The notes below the pieces were generated by a model. That model worked only from the letters and a program-made list of their open reading frames with translations, was not told the origin of the DNA and did not search any database. The position numbers and the translations under genes were made by a program. A stretch of 64,000 nt of DNA. It comes from Octopus bimaculoides (Eukaryota). This document shows, piece by piece, positions 10,560 through 22,040 of this stretch; position 1 is the first letter of the stretch; each line of letters starts with the position of its first letter. The stretch lies in assembly GCF_001194135.2 (NCBI RefSeq), contig NC_068988.1:93806842-93870841 (forward strand), written 5' to 3'.

Positions 10560-11822
10560 CTAACCTGTGTGAATACGTATGTGATGACTTAATTTACTTT
10601 TGTCTGAGAATGACTTACCACAAATACTACAGTTATGGGGTTTTTCACCTGTGTGAATAAGTTTGTGTCTAGTTAAATGACTTCCACAAGAGAATGATTT
10701 ACCACAGATATTGCAATGATAGGGCTTCTCTCCTGTATGAATACGCTTGTGAATAGCTGCTTCACTACTTCCAGAGAATGATTTGCCACAGATATCACAG
10801 TGATATGGTTTCTCTCCTGTATGAATACGTTTGTGAATCGTTAATTCACTGTTTCCAGAAAACAATCTACCACAGATATCACAGTGATATGGTTTCTCAC
10901 CTGTATGAATACGTTTGTGCTTAGTTAAGACACTTCCAGAAGAGAATGCTTTATTACAAATATCACAGTGGTATGGCCTCTCTCCTGTATGAATCCGTCT
11001 GTGAACAGTTACTTCACTACTTCCAGAGAATGATTTGCCACAGATATTGCAGTGATAGGGTTTCTCACCTGTATGAATACGTATATGATTAGTCAACTTA
11101 CCTCCATCAGAAAAAGATTTATTACAAATATCACAGTGATATGGTTTCTCTCCTGTATGCATACGTTTGTGTCTCGTTATGTGATTTCTTTGAGAGAATG
11201 ATTTGCCACAAATATCACAGTGATATGGCTTTTCTCCAGTATGAACACGTTTGTGTACTGTTAAATCACTACTCCCAGAAAATGATTTACCACAAATATC
11301 ACAAGGATATGGCTTCTCTCCTGTATGAATACGTTTGTGTGAAGTTAATTGTCCATTATCAGAAAATAATTTACCACAGATATCACAGTGATATGGCTTC
11401 TCACCTGTGTGAATACGTTTGTGTTTAGTTAAGTGATGATTTAGAGAGAATGACTTACCACAGATATCGCAGTTATAGGGTTTCACTCCTCTATGAATAC
11501 GCTCATGTACAGTTAGGTTACTTTTAACAGAATATGACTTTTTACAAATATTGCATTGGTAAGGCCTTTCTCCTGTATGAATGCGTTCATGCCTAGTTAA
11601 GCTACCTTTTCCAGAGAATGATTTACCACATACATCACAGTAATATGGTTTCTCTCCTGTATGAATACGCTTGTGTCTAGTTAAGCTACTCTTCCCAGAG
11701 AATGATTTACCACAAATTTCACAGTGATTTGGTTTTTCACTTGTCTGAATGCATTTATGAGAAGTCAAGCAGCTACTCTCAGGGAATGATTTACAACAAA
11801 TATCACAGCAATATGGCTCCAT
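10560..11822 (-). CDS. Tandem C2H2 zinc-finger protein (15 x 28-aa units; the first lacks its second His)
   Basis: 420-aa ORF made entirely of PYxCxxCGKxFSxxxxLxxHxRIHTGEK repeats. ATG context AAAATGG. Confidence 0.9.
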   Translation of the reverse strand: MEPYCCDICCKSFPESSCLTSHKCIQTSEKPNHCEICGKSFSGKSSLTRHKRIHTGEKPYYCDVCGKSFSGKGSLTRHERIHTGERPYQCNICKKSYSVKSNLTVHERIHRGVKPYNCDICGKSFSLNHHLTKHKRIHTGEKPYHCDICGKLFSDNGQLTSHKRIHTGEKPYPCDICGKSFSGSSDLTVHKRVHTGEKPYHCDICGKSFSQRNHITRHKRMHTGEKPYHCDICNKSFSDGGKLTNHIRIHTGEKPYHCNICGKSFSGSSEVTVHRRIHTGERPYHCDICNKAFSSGSVLTKHKRIHTGEKPYHCDICGRLFSGNSELTIHKRIHTGEKPYHCDICGKSFSGSSEAAIHKRIHTGEKPYHCNICGKSFSCGSHLTRHKLIHTGEKPHNCSICGKSFSDKSKLSHHIRIHTG

Positions 11823-12200
11823 TTTAAATGAATTTGTCTAGATAAGGTATCTACAAATATAACAACAATAAAGTTTATCTCCTTTATGAATACGTTTCAG
11901 TCGAGTTAAACGATTCTTCGAAGGAATGATTTATCACATGCAATGGTTTCTCTCCTGTATCAACATATTCGTGTATAATTAAGTTAGCAGTTCCAGATAA
12001 AGATGTACGATGGATATAGGTTCGGTCCTGTATGAAGAGCTGCGGTTTTTTTTTTTTTTTTTTTGAAAGAAAAACTTTTTACAGATATCACAATATATCT
12101 TCAGTGAAACTCAATCCCTTAAGTTTCTCACATAATTTCCGTTATTTTATTCCCTCACCACAGAACATGGATATCTGTCTTAGTCTGGTTTTCATGTATT
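11823..12200 (-). pseudogene. Decayed upstream zinc fingers / ancestral N-terminus of the ZNF gene
   Basis: The - strand remnants YCDICKKFF..., ...HTG, DTGEKPLH are broken by a poly-A expansion, frameshifts and stops. Confidence 0.6.
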
Positions 12201-12258
12201 CCTATATTGATGGAAAAATATCGACTGCTATCAACACAGCAGGGGTAATTACAAATAT

Positions 12259-12703
12259 CTGAAGATTGTCGCAAAACTATTTTTGAAGTTTCCCAGTTCC
12301 AGTCGTTTGCGATTCAACCGGAATTTAATTCGAAGACAGGACATTAAAAACCAACGCAGAAAGAACGAAACGCACAAAGAATATGGAAGTTGTGTACCTC
12401 TTCGATTGTATACTAAACTTTTCATGTATAGACAATGCCTCTGTCAACAATTGCAGATATTCACTTCATACAATCTCAATTTAAGTCCATTTTTGGAGTT
12501 GAAGTAAAATTTTCAGAATTCCGAAGTAGTAAACAGAAGGTGCATTTGAATTGTTAATAAAATTCTCAGATTCTTCTAGCAGCATAAGAACAGAATCTAT
12601 GTTTCCAATATTGTTGTCGTCGAGAATTACTAAATGGTTCGCAAAATAATTCTATTATTTACACACATTATTACAATCTTGAACCAATTCTTCGTCAACT
12701 TAC
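12259..12703 (-). other. Putative 5'-UTR intron of the ZNF gene
   Basis: The - strand has donor ACG|GTAAGT at 12703 and acceptor aatcttcag|AT at 12259. The surrounding region is relatively CpG-rich, as expected near a promoter. Confidence 0.5.
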
Positions 12704-13017
12704 CGTTTACACGTACACGTGGAAACAGTGAATCAGTGCCGTGGCTGAAGCTTTTAACCAAACAACCCAATAAACGAATAATCACAGAGTTGCTAGGTTG
12801 CGATTGTCAAAGGATTTTAATCAGCTTCTTTCACCGATTTAATGTTTATTTATCTAGCTTCTTCCATTTATAGCCATCATTTCGTATCTTGCTACAATCA
12901 ACCAGTGAAGCTAGCTGCTTGTCTACAGCCACAGATGGCATAGCAAACATAGATACGTGTGTAAACACACGCACACACGTGTGTATATATATATATATAT
13001 GTGTGTATATATATGTG

Positions 13018-13072
<55 letters not shown>

Positions 13073-13435
13073 GCATAGGTGTGTGGTATGAAATTTACCT
13101 CTCAATTACATTATTCCCGGTTCAGTCCCGCTACGTGGCAGTTTGGATAAGTATCCGACCAAAGCTTTACNNNNNNNNNNNNNNNNNNNNNNNNNNNNNN
13201 NNNNNNNNNNNNNNNNNNNNNNNNNNNNNNNNNNNNNNNNNNNNNNNNNNNNNNNNNNNNNNNNNNNNNNNNNNNNNNNNNNNNNNNNNNNNNNNNNNNN
13301 NNNNNNNNNNNNNNNNNNNNNNNNNNNNTTAGGTTTTAAAAAAAGTAATAGGTCGTTTCATTCGACAAAAACTCTTCAAGGCGGTGCTCCAACTTGGCCT
13401 CAGTCATATGACTGAAACAAGTAAAAAGTAAAAGC

Positions 13436-13481
<46 letters not shown>

Positions 13482-13519
13482 TCTGGGTCAGAACCGGCCA
13501 CTTTTGGAACCTGACCATG

Positions 13520-15450
13520 TCCGCGTATAACTTACATTGTCTTATGAGTGACACTCAAATCTCAGACTTGAAACACGAATCCGATAACATAAATTGAAAT
13601 ATCATTGGTCTCAGTTAAGTGAAAAGAAAGAGTGTAGTGCAAACTCATTCTAAAAAATGATCACGCTTTTCTCTGGTAAAGTAAAAAGGATAAAAACGAA
13701 GGATGCGCGAGATTTTTGATAAATAAGAATATTGCTGAGAATGTTTATCGACGGCAGAGCATTAAATGAGCGGATAATCAAAATGACCGTAAAACTGAAC
13801 AAAAATTACGAAATTAACATTATCCAAGTATATGCACCAACTTGTGGCTTTGATGTTAAAGAGATTGAAGTATTTTACAGGAAGCCTGGCAGTGTCATCA
13901 AAGAAGAGAAAGTGAATAATTACTTTAGTGATAAAGGATTTTAACGCAAAGATGGGCATTAAGAATAGAAAAAGTGAAAATCTTGCTGGAAAATATGGAT
14001 ATGGAATAAAGAATGAAAAAGGAGAAAGACTAATTGAATTTGCATAGCACAAATAAATGAGAATAGAAAATACCTTTTTGCTAAAAGAAGTACCAGAAAA
14101 TGGACATAGAAGAGCTTTGGAGACAGAACAGAAAGTGAAATTGATTTCATATCCTTCTTTAGTCCAGATGTAGCTCAGGGCGTGACGGCTACTAATAAGG
14201 TGAACATTGGAAGTGACCAGAGGCTTGTCAAATGCAAAATACAACTAAAGAAAGGAACAAGAAGCTTAGGAAATCCCAGAGAATTTGCATGGAAGATCTC
14301 ATACCAAAAGCCTCAAAATTCCAGTTAGCCCTGAGAAATAGATTGGATATACTTTGGAACCAAATAGACAGTAGCAATACTGAGGAGATAACAAATATTA
14401 TTTCTAAGACAATAAAACAAAAACACAGCAAAGGAAACTAGATCTATCAGTAAAAAGGCAAAAGACCAAACGTTACCAAAAGACATTATCAATCTCATGA
14501 ATATCGGAAGAACAATGAAACAAGACTCATTTACACAACGCATTGAATATACAGAATTGTTTAAAACAATAAGGAAAAAACTGAGAGAAAATGAAAGAAC
14601 GTCAAATATGGAGATGATCAAGGAAACAGTTGAAAAACAACAAAAGTTAAAACGAAAAAGAAAGAAAAAACTAAGCAGACTAATTGTGGGATGTAACATA
14701 GTCATTAACCTAAATAACAAAAATGGAAAACAACTTCCAGGAAGAATATTAGAAAGAATAAAAGAATTCTATGAAAACTTATATCAATCAAACAAAGAAG
14801 TTTCTCGAACAGTAAATTCAAAGGAAAGAGTCCCAGACATTTTGGAGGCAGAAGTTAGAAATGCTATGAAGGAAATTAAAAGAAAATATAAAACTGCAGG
14901 TCCGGATGGGATTGAGACAGGCATATTAAAAATGGTTGGACCAAGCAGAGAGAAAGAATTGGTTAAACTATATACAAAATTCTTAGATGAACATATGGGA
15001 TACTGGATATGTAGAAACATTTCTAACTGATTCTTCTTCATGAATAAGTGGATGGCAAGGATCTGAAGAAATACAGACCAATCAGTCTACTATCACACAT
15101 CTACAAGATCTCAAAAGAATCATATCAGAAAGAATTGAGAGAAAGTTGGATGAGAACATTACAACAAAACAGGCAGGCTTCAGGAAAAACAGCATCAAAA
15201 TAGATATGAATAGATGCTATAAACCAACTGACGAGAAAATGCCAAACTTACAACATACCATCATGCTTCACATTTGTTGATATTGAACAGACTTTTGATT
15301 CCGTGGAAATTGATGGTATGCTAAGAGCACTGGAAGGGAATCGAAGGAGACTACAGCGACTATAAACATCAAGGCGAGTGATTTAAAACAGGTGAAAGAG
15401 TCAGACAAAGAGACACCATATCACCCCAATTTTTCACATCTGTGTTAGAA
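13520..15450 (+). mobile_element. Decayed RTE-type LINE (APE endonuclease + N-terminal part of reverse transcriptase)
   Basis: IIQVYAPT, DFNAKMG, GKYGYGIKNEKGERLIEFA, SEIDFI, GSDQRLV (APE motifs). KTAGPDGI, YRPISLLSHIYK, QAGFRK, QRDTISP (RT motifs). Many stops and frameshifts. Confidence 0.9.
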
Positions 15451-15454
15451 ACAG

Positions 15455-16585
15455 TTTTTAAAATTCATATTGGTCAGATATTTCAGTGCAATGTGACCGT
15501 CATTTGCTTTCTTCCCCAGTTCAGTCCGTTTACGAAATGATGCGCATGCCTTAACTATTTCTTCCTTTTTCATTTTACCGAATGCTCGCTCGATCGAAGC
15601 TTTCAGTGAAGACACACAGTTGTGAGAAGTTGCGCTGGATATTGCTTCAGCTGCGCCCCATAGCCAAAAACACACGGATTCTAAACATGGGCAATTCTTT
15701 CTTCAAAAATTCTTGCACTTTTTTCGAAGAATGGGTGGGCGCAGAGTCCTGTACAAATATGACTCGACTTACATCATAATGCTTCCTAATCGAAGGCAAC
15801 AAAACTTCTAAGATTTTGAGATACTCTGCTGTGTTGATTTTAAGACCTGCTTCAATAAAATAAGGAGGCATCAATTTCCCATCACTTGCAACAGCTCCAA
15901 ACACTTTAATGGAAGCCTGATTCTTGCTATGCATAACTGAAGGAACTTGGGAAGGGTCGTACACTATCACTCGGGAGTTTTAACGGTTTGCAACTTCGTC
16001 TGTCATGAACTTATTTTCATCCACGAAGATGCAAACGTCTCCGCCACGATGTTTCAGATGACTAAGAAATTTGGGACTTCTTTCCGCTCGAATGGCGTTG
16101 GAGCGGGTAGTTAGGGTGTTATGGTGCCTCCTCATGTATGATCTCATGGAGGTCTTGTCTCACAGCCCTAGAAACGGTCATTTTACTGATTCCCCGATCT
16201 TGAGCCAACTTCACCATCAATTTTGATGGGTTCGACTCAATCAATGTCTCAAGTCCTGTTAAGAAGCAAGGTGTGCGTTTTTGGTCACTACAAGGATTGT
16301 GAGGCTTCCTCTGAGCATTCTAACTTTTCTTCAAGTTGACTACAACTTAAAAAAACAATAGATTTGGCAGACTTTGTCACTCTAACAATCTCCCAAGCAT
16401 TTTTGCCGGCGCGGAATAATTCGGTAATTACAGGTCTACGGTTTAATTCTTTATTAACATTCATAGTTTGTTCAATCTAAAATACAAAATAGTACATGAG
16501 ATTATTCAAGCTGGTAATATTTAAAATTTAGACTCCAACAAAATCTATACAATTAAATTTGTCCCAATTTACCAGTTACACCCTG
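15455..16585 (-). mobile_element. Decayed Tc1/mariner (maT/DD37D-like) transposon, 3'-truncated
   Basis: 5' TIR CAGGGTGTAACTGGTAAATTGGGAC at 16585; ATG at 16464 followed by an HTH-like region; FVDENKF; VFGAVASDGKLMPPYFIEAGLKINTAEYLKIL; FVQDSAPTH. The SPDLNPLD region is deleted. Confidence 0.85.
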
Positions 16586-16592
16586 CATATAT

Positions 16593-16629
<37 letters not shown>

Positions 16630-17552
16630 TCTTTGTACCCTGCTCTTGACATCACGTGATGAGTGTAAACTAGCATCATCATACAAGCGATGTTATTGGT
16701 TTCGAGTCTTCTTTGAAAAACATGCCTAGCCATGGGACAATATTACCTTACCTAGAAACAGGTGAGGGTTGACAACAGAAAGGGCATCCGACTGTACAAA
16801 ATCTGCCACAGCAGATTCCTTCTAACCCAAGCAAGCATGAAAAAGTGAACATTAAATGATGGAAAGGACGGAAACCAAAGTAAACTTCAGTGGGATGTGA
16901 ACTCAGAGCACTGAGAGTCGGAACGAATACCACAAAGCCAGCAAGGTCGCCTACATCTTTGCCAATTCAGCCCAAGGTTGCCAACTAACTTCTTCATTGA
17001 AAGTATATTGCAAACAAAAACTTACAACGTATTATAGAAGGGAATAAGAGTTCAGCAGCGGAAGTGATTTTAAATATCCAAGAATTTCTAGAACAATCAA
17101 GATTACAAATAGGAATGACGAAGGGAAATAACTCGATACATCAAATTACATATCTTTGCCTTCTCTCTTTAGCTGGACTCGTTTTCTTTTCAGGTTTCGT
17201 TACGCTCCTGTGCATACAGTGATTGTTATCCTCCTCCTCAACAATTTGTATCCTATAAACATATAGTTTTGTGATACTGCAGACTCCCTATTCACTCAAT
17301 CTTGAACGCTTCCTTCAAGATATTCCTTTCATCTGTTTGTTCAATGTCTGTTGGTGCCATCATCGAGTTAAGGATGAAGTTTTGGAAAAGGGCATTTACA
17401 AATGAATGCAACCCATGTGCAAACCAGCACTGCAGTATATATATATATATATATATATATATGGGAGAATATACAAATAATAACAACAGACGAGGACAGG
17501 TGGTGTAAATAACAAAAGTATATATTAGTATGACGCTCGGGAATACGGAAAG

Positions 17553-17589
17553 TCTTTGACGTTTCGAGCTACGCTCTTCAACAGAAAGA
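17553..17589 (-). ncRNA. Hammerhead-like motif, second family (A6U core variant)
   Basis: The - strand reads UCUUU CUGUUGA A GAGC-gua-GCUC GAAAC GUC AAAGA: helix I UCUUU/AAAGA, helix II GAGC/GCUC, canonical GUC triplet. The core is CUGUUGA rather than CUGANGA. Confidence 0.5.
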
Positions 17590-18328
17590 ATACGGAGACA
17601 AGGAGAAAAACACGGAGAAAAAAAAATGGAGAAAAAAAATTGAATAGTGTTCAGTCAACGGTCAATCATAATAATATATATAATATATATATAAATATAT
17701 ATATATATCATCATCATCATCATCATTATTCAATGTTTGTTTTCCATGCTGGCATGGGTTGGATGGTTTGACAGGAGCTAGCAAGCCAGGGAGCTGCACC
17801 AGGCTCCAGTCGTCTGTTTTAGCATGATTTATATGGCTGGATGCCCCCCTCCTAATGCCAACCACTTTACAAAGTGAACTGGGTGATTTTTAAGTGGCGC
17901 CAGCATACACACACATATATATATGTATAGTTTCTTTTTAATTATAAGAACTCTTCTTGAAAAGAAGAAGCTGAATGAATCTGTCAGTTTTAGGCAGTCG
18001 CTGATAACGTGTGTGACGTCCTCCTTAGAAATGTGATGTAATTGACATTTAAAACAATACGTGTTGGTGGTGAGCGAAAGCAGTGGAGTCCTTTTGGGTT
18101 AGGGTTAGCGTTATGAAGGATCATTAAAACAACATTGTAACACTGCAAGACAGAAGAGCCACATCTATGCTGCTCATGTTTTTGTGAGAACGTTCAAGGG
18201 ATGGCATTACTCAAATTGAGTCACAGCCCTCATGTATGCATATATAGATATAACAGAGTAAGCACATAAATGTGAAACAAAGTGGAAAAAATAGTACTCG
18301 AATACCGGAGGTAGAGTAATATGCTTCA

Positions 18329-18471
18329 TTAATAAAGCTGCAAAAAATGTCACAAAAACTGTTACTCAGAATTTCACGTTTCCGTTCGTTGGACAGTTTT
18401 GGTTCTGTCCGACGAACGGAAACGTGAAACTCTGAGTAACAATTTTTGTGACGACTTTGCAGCTTTATTAA
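18329..18471. repeat. About 68-bp imperfect inverted repeat with an 8-nt spacer (long hairpin)
   Basis: TTAATAAAGCTGCAAA...TTTCACGTTTCCGTTCGTTGGACAG ttttggtt CTGTCCGACGAACGGAAACGTGAAAC...GCAGCTTTATTAA. Confidence 0.9.
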
Positions 18472-19254
18472 TAAAGTACACGCACGCACACACACACACA
18501 TATATATCACTGTTTTTCTAGCTCCCTCTCTCATACCAAGTGACTGTAGAGCCTTGATTTGTAACATATAGGCACAAATAGTATTTGCTGAATTGCGTCA
18601 GTTACGAAGTAGTTGCTAAATTAGGTTTTACTCAGTGATGAACGAATGTAGTGGTTCTCAAACAGTCAAATACCAGCTGCCACCTCTAATTAGTGAACTT
18701 ATTTTACTCCATAACTCCTCGTTAACGAGAAAACAAAACACTGAAAGCCGTGTCCATATAATTCTTATTTCTCTGCCATGGTATAGAGCAAGTTTAAAAC
18801 TAATTTTATTAAACATGGCGATATTTCTGTCCCCTTTTCAATCCATAAAGGCCTCGTTTATGTGAAGCATTGACTCAGTGTGTTGCTAGATAAAATTGAT
18901 AACGAAATGGTTATTTATTTCGAATATAAACTACAAAACTTTCATTTCAATTCACAACTCAACACAAAATGACAAAACCACCTGAATATTCAAGGGAGGC
19001 AACTCTTTATTGTAATTATTTCCCTTTACCAATTTACCACGATTCGTTGTTGCGCAGAATTTACGTTTTAGCCACAATCGCATTATTAGCGTTCAACATT
19101 AACCCAGCTTAAAGTATGCATTTAGAATGATCTGGATAGGAATTTTATTAACTTTTTAAATGATAATATTATTAGAATTTTAAAGAAATGTTTTATAATT
19201 TTGAAAAACATTTTGTATTTTAAATATCAAAGACGACGACAACAACAATGACAA

Positions 19255-19425
19255 CAACATTGAAAAATACCTTAGGAATGAGAACCTAGGTTCGAAATTT
19301 CTCCAAGACACCTGATGAAGGCTGGAGGATATATCAGCCGAAACGTTGTGTTTACAACAAACAAGATGGGGACAAATATCTGTCAAATGTAAATAATGTA
19401 AATAATGCCTCATCTCTTAAATATA
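19255..19425 (+). mobile_element. Solo PLE terminal repeat with an intact hammerhead motif (19307-19352)
   Basis: Same repeat as 8881-9051. Reads GACAC CUGAUGA A GGCUG-gaggauauau-CAGCC GAAAC GUU GUGUU. Confidence 0.8.
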
Positions 19426-20653
19426 CAACAGTGTTTACTATAATGCTTGCCAAATTCATAGCCAATGATAATACATAAACAATATTTTCCATTATATGTT
19501 GTCTATAAATTACTTGGTTGCACAAACAAAACTCAAAACACACGCATACATTACTTACTCACACAGAAGAGTACTAAACACACACACACAGAATGACAGA
19601 GTTTATTTATTGATTAGTTCAAAAATTTGAGTTTCTAGAGGCGTCACACAAATGTTATTGAAACTCAAATTAATTTTATGGATGCCAATTGCTAAAGGCA
19701 ACAGAAAGAAGCTCTGCATTTTAATAAAATATATGAAAACTGATATCACATAACTAAACTAAGCCTCTATGTGGTTGCTTTACATGTCAGAAATAGTAGC
19801 CTAATTACATCACTTTTAAGAAAGGGAAGGATACATTGGAGAATGTAGTCTTACATGCACTTAGGATGTTGGGCTGGTCATGACTGGATTGTCATTTGAT
19901 CATAGATCTGCTCAGGTTTACACTAAGCTCTAACAATACACAAGAAGGTGGTGAGCTGGCAGAAACGGTAGCATGCCAGGCGGAATGCTTAGAGGTATTT
20001 CATCTGTCTTTACGTTCAGAGTTCAAATCCTGCCAAGGTCGACTTTGCCTTTCATCCTTTCAGGGTTGATAAATTAAGTACCAGTTGCATACTGGGGTTG
20101 ATCTAATCGACTGGCTCCCTCCCCTAAAATTTCGGGCCTTGTGCCTAGAGTAGAAAAGAATATTTAGCCACAAAGGTGGCGAGATTGCAGAAACATCAGC
20201 ACGCTAGGCAAGATGCTTAATGGTATTTCGGCTGACTTTACATTCTGAGTTCAAATTCCACCGAGGTCAACTTTGCCTTTCATCCTTTAAGGGATAATAA
20301 ATTAAGTACTAGTCATGTACTGGGGTCAATCTAATCGACTGGGACCCTCCCCACAAATTTCGGACTTTGTGCTTAGAGTAGAAAAGAATAATTGAACACA
20401 AGTTAAGACAGGGAAACAGTTGATCTGTTTCAGAAAATAAAAAAATCACTAAAGAGAACAACAGAACTTCAGTAGTAACTTCGAAGCACCGGGGTGCGAA
20501 TGATGGATGTTACGAGGTGAAAGTAAGAAAAAGACAAGAGATGCTTTAAGGTAAAGTTTTATGAAGAAAATTGTCATAAAAACTATGAAACATGAAACTT
20601 TTCTATCAGTTGTTAAATGGAAGAAAAGAAAGTGGTTTAGTCATGTGACACTA

Positions 20654-21134
20654 CAGGGTGATTCAAAAGTCTCCATACATAGGAAGAAATTATTTTTTTA
20701 TAAGAAACGGTTTATAAGATCCCCTAGATTCTCCGATCTGACCCCTCTTGATTTCTATCTTTGTGGGCATTTGAAAGGCATGGTGTATCGCAGAAAGATC
20801 ATCATCATCATCATCGTTTAACGTCCGCTTTCTATGCTAGCATGGGTTGGACGATTTGACTGAGGACTGGCTAGCCAGAAGGCTGCACCAGGTCCCAATC
20901 TGATCTGGCAGAGTTTAAAAGTCATAAATCATTTGAAGGAACGCATCACCAACTCCTTTGCACAAGCATCACCAGATGTGTTATCACGAGTTCACAATGA
21001 GTTGGGGTTAACGTATTGCAATGTGTATTCAAAACAATGGTAACCATATAGAGCCTGTTAAAAAAAAACAAAAAAAAACAGTTCTTATAAAAAGATAAAT
21101 TGACCCTGTGTATGGCGACTTTTGAATCACCCTG
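20654..21134 (+). mobile_element. Internally deleted Tc1/mariner element with both TIRs and a nested SINE fragment
   Basis: TA|CAGGGTGATTCAAAAGTCTCCATACATAGG ... CCTGTGTATGGCGACTTTTGAATCACCCTG|TA (30-bp TIR, 2 mismatches). Residual SPRFSDLTPLDFYLCGHLKGMVY. Family-B insert at about 20800-20915. Confidence 0.88.
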
Positions 21135-21345
21135 TATAATTCAAGCAAAGATGGTCACACATGAAGAAGTCTCAGATAAAAGAGACATAGGAAAACCACG
21201 AAGAGGGAAACTGAGCAACGCTAACGAATGGCAGCTGTGTACCTCTGGTTTCCTCTGTGTACCTCTGTGTACCTCTGTGTACCTCTGGTTTCCTCAATGA
21301 ATAAATTTTGATTGATTAACATAAGAAAAAATTTAGGAAATATGC

Positions 21346-21351
21346 TTTATT
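21346..21351 (-). terminator. Putative polyadenylation signal of UTP11
   Basis: AATAAA on the - strand about 58 nt downstream of the UTP11 stop codon. Confidence 0.45.
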
Positions 21352-21408
21352 ATGTTCTAAAAAGAGTAAATAATTTCCATCTGGTCTTCTATTAGCTGTG
21401 GTGTACCA

Positions 21409-21495
21409 TTATCTCTTCCGCTGGAATTTCCACCTGTACTGTGCTGCTCTTTTTTGAGTTTCTTTTGCAACTTTGGTCCGTTTTTCCTTCTTATT
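21409..21495 (-). CDS. UTP11: U3 snoRNA-associated protein 11 (SSU processome), last coding exon
   Basis: Acceptor tttcttttgtgtag|AAT. Encodes NKKEKRTKVAKETQKRAAQYRWKFQRKR*, matching the Utp11 C-terminus (K-V-x-K-ET...A-x-Y-x-(F/W)...RKR). Phase 0. Confidence 0.9.
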   Translation of the reverse strand, partial: NKKEKRTKVAKETQKRAAQYRWKFQRKR

Positions 21496-21959
21496 CTACA
21501 CAAAAGAAAGAAATGAGATACAGGTAATTTCTTTAAAACAGTTAAACAAAATCAAAAGAACAGCAAAATTTATTTCCAGAATCCAACCAATGCAGTTTAT
21601 GATGAAGGCTGTTGTTTTGTACAGCCCATCAACACCATCTTCCTCTTCATTTCCAGCTAAGGTTACCATTCCATTAAGCTCAGCCTCTCACAAGTCCTAT
21701 TATTCCAACCAAATTTCCTTTAATAATATTTAAAAGCCTGAAGGCAGCAAGCTGAGCAAAATGCTTAGCACCATCCTGGTTGTCTTTATCGTTGTTGTTG
21801 TTTAATGTCCACTTTCCATGCTGGCATGGGTTGGACGGTTTGACTGGTCTATGGTCAAAAAAATTCCAACAATGACCACCCCCATCGATTTTTTTCACGC
21901 TTAATATCTAATGTACACTACATTTAGGAGTAAACACTGGCAGTGTTACTGTTGCACTG

Positions 21960-22040
21960 AAGGTGGGTCCACTTTGAGATGGGTCCACATTGAAGTGGGT
22001 CCACATTGAGATGGGTCCACATTGAGGTGGGTCCACTATG
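21960..22040. repeat. 16-bp minisatellite (TGGGTCCACATTGAGA) x5
   Basis: Direct tandem units are visible at 21960-22040. Confidence 0.9.

Noticed and set aside
11141-11428. + strand ORF of 95 aa
   Set aside because: It is an antisense reading of the periodic zinc-finger array.
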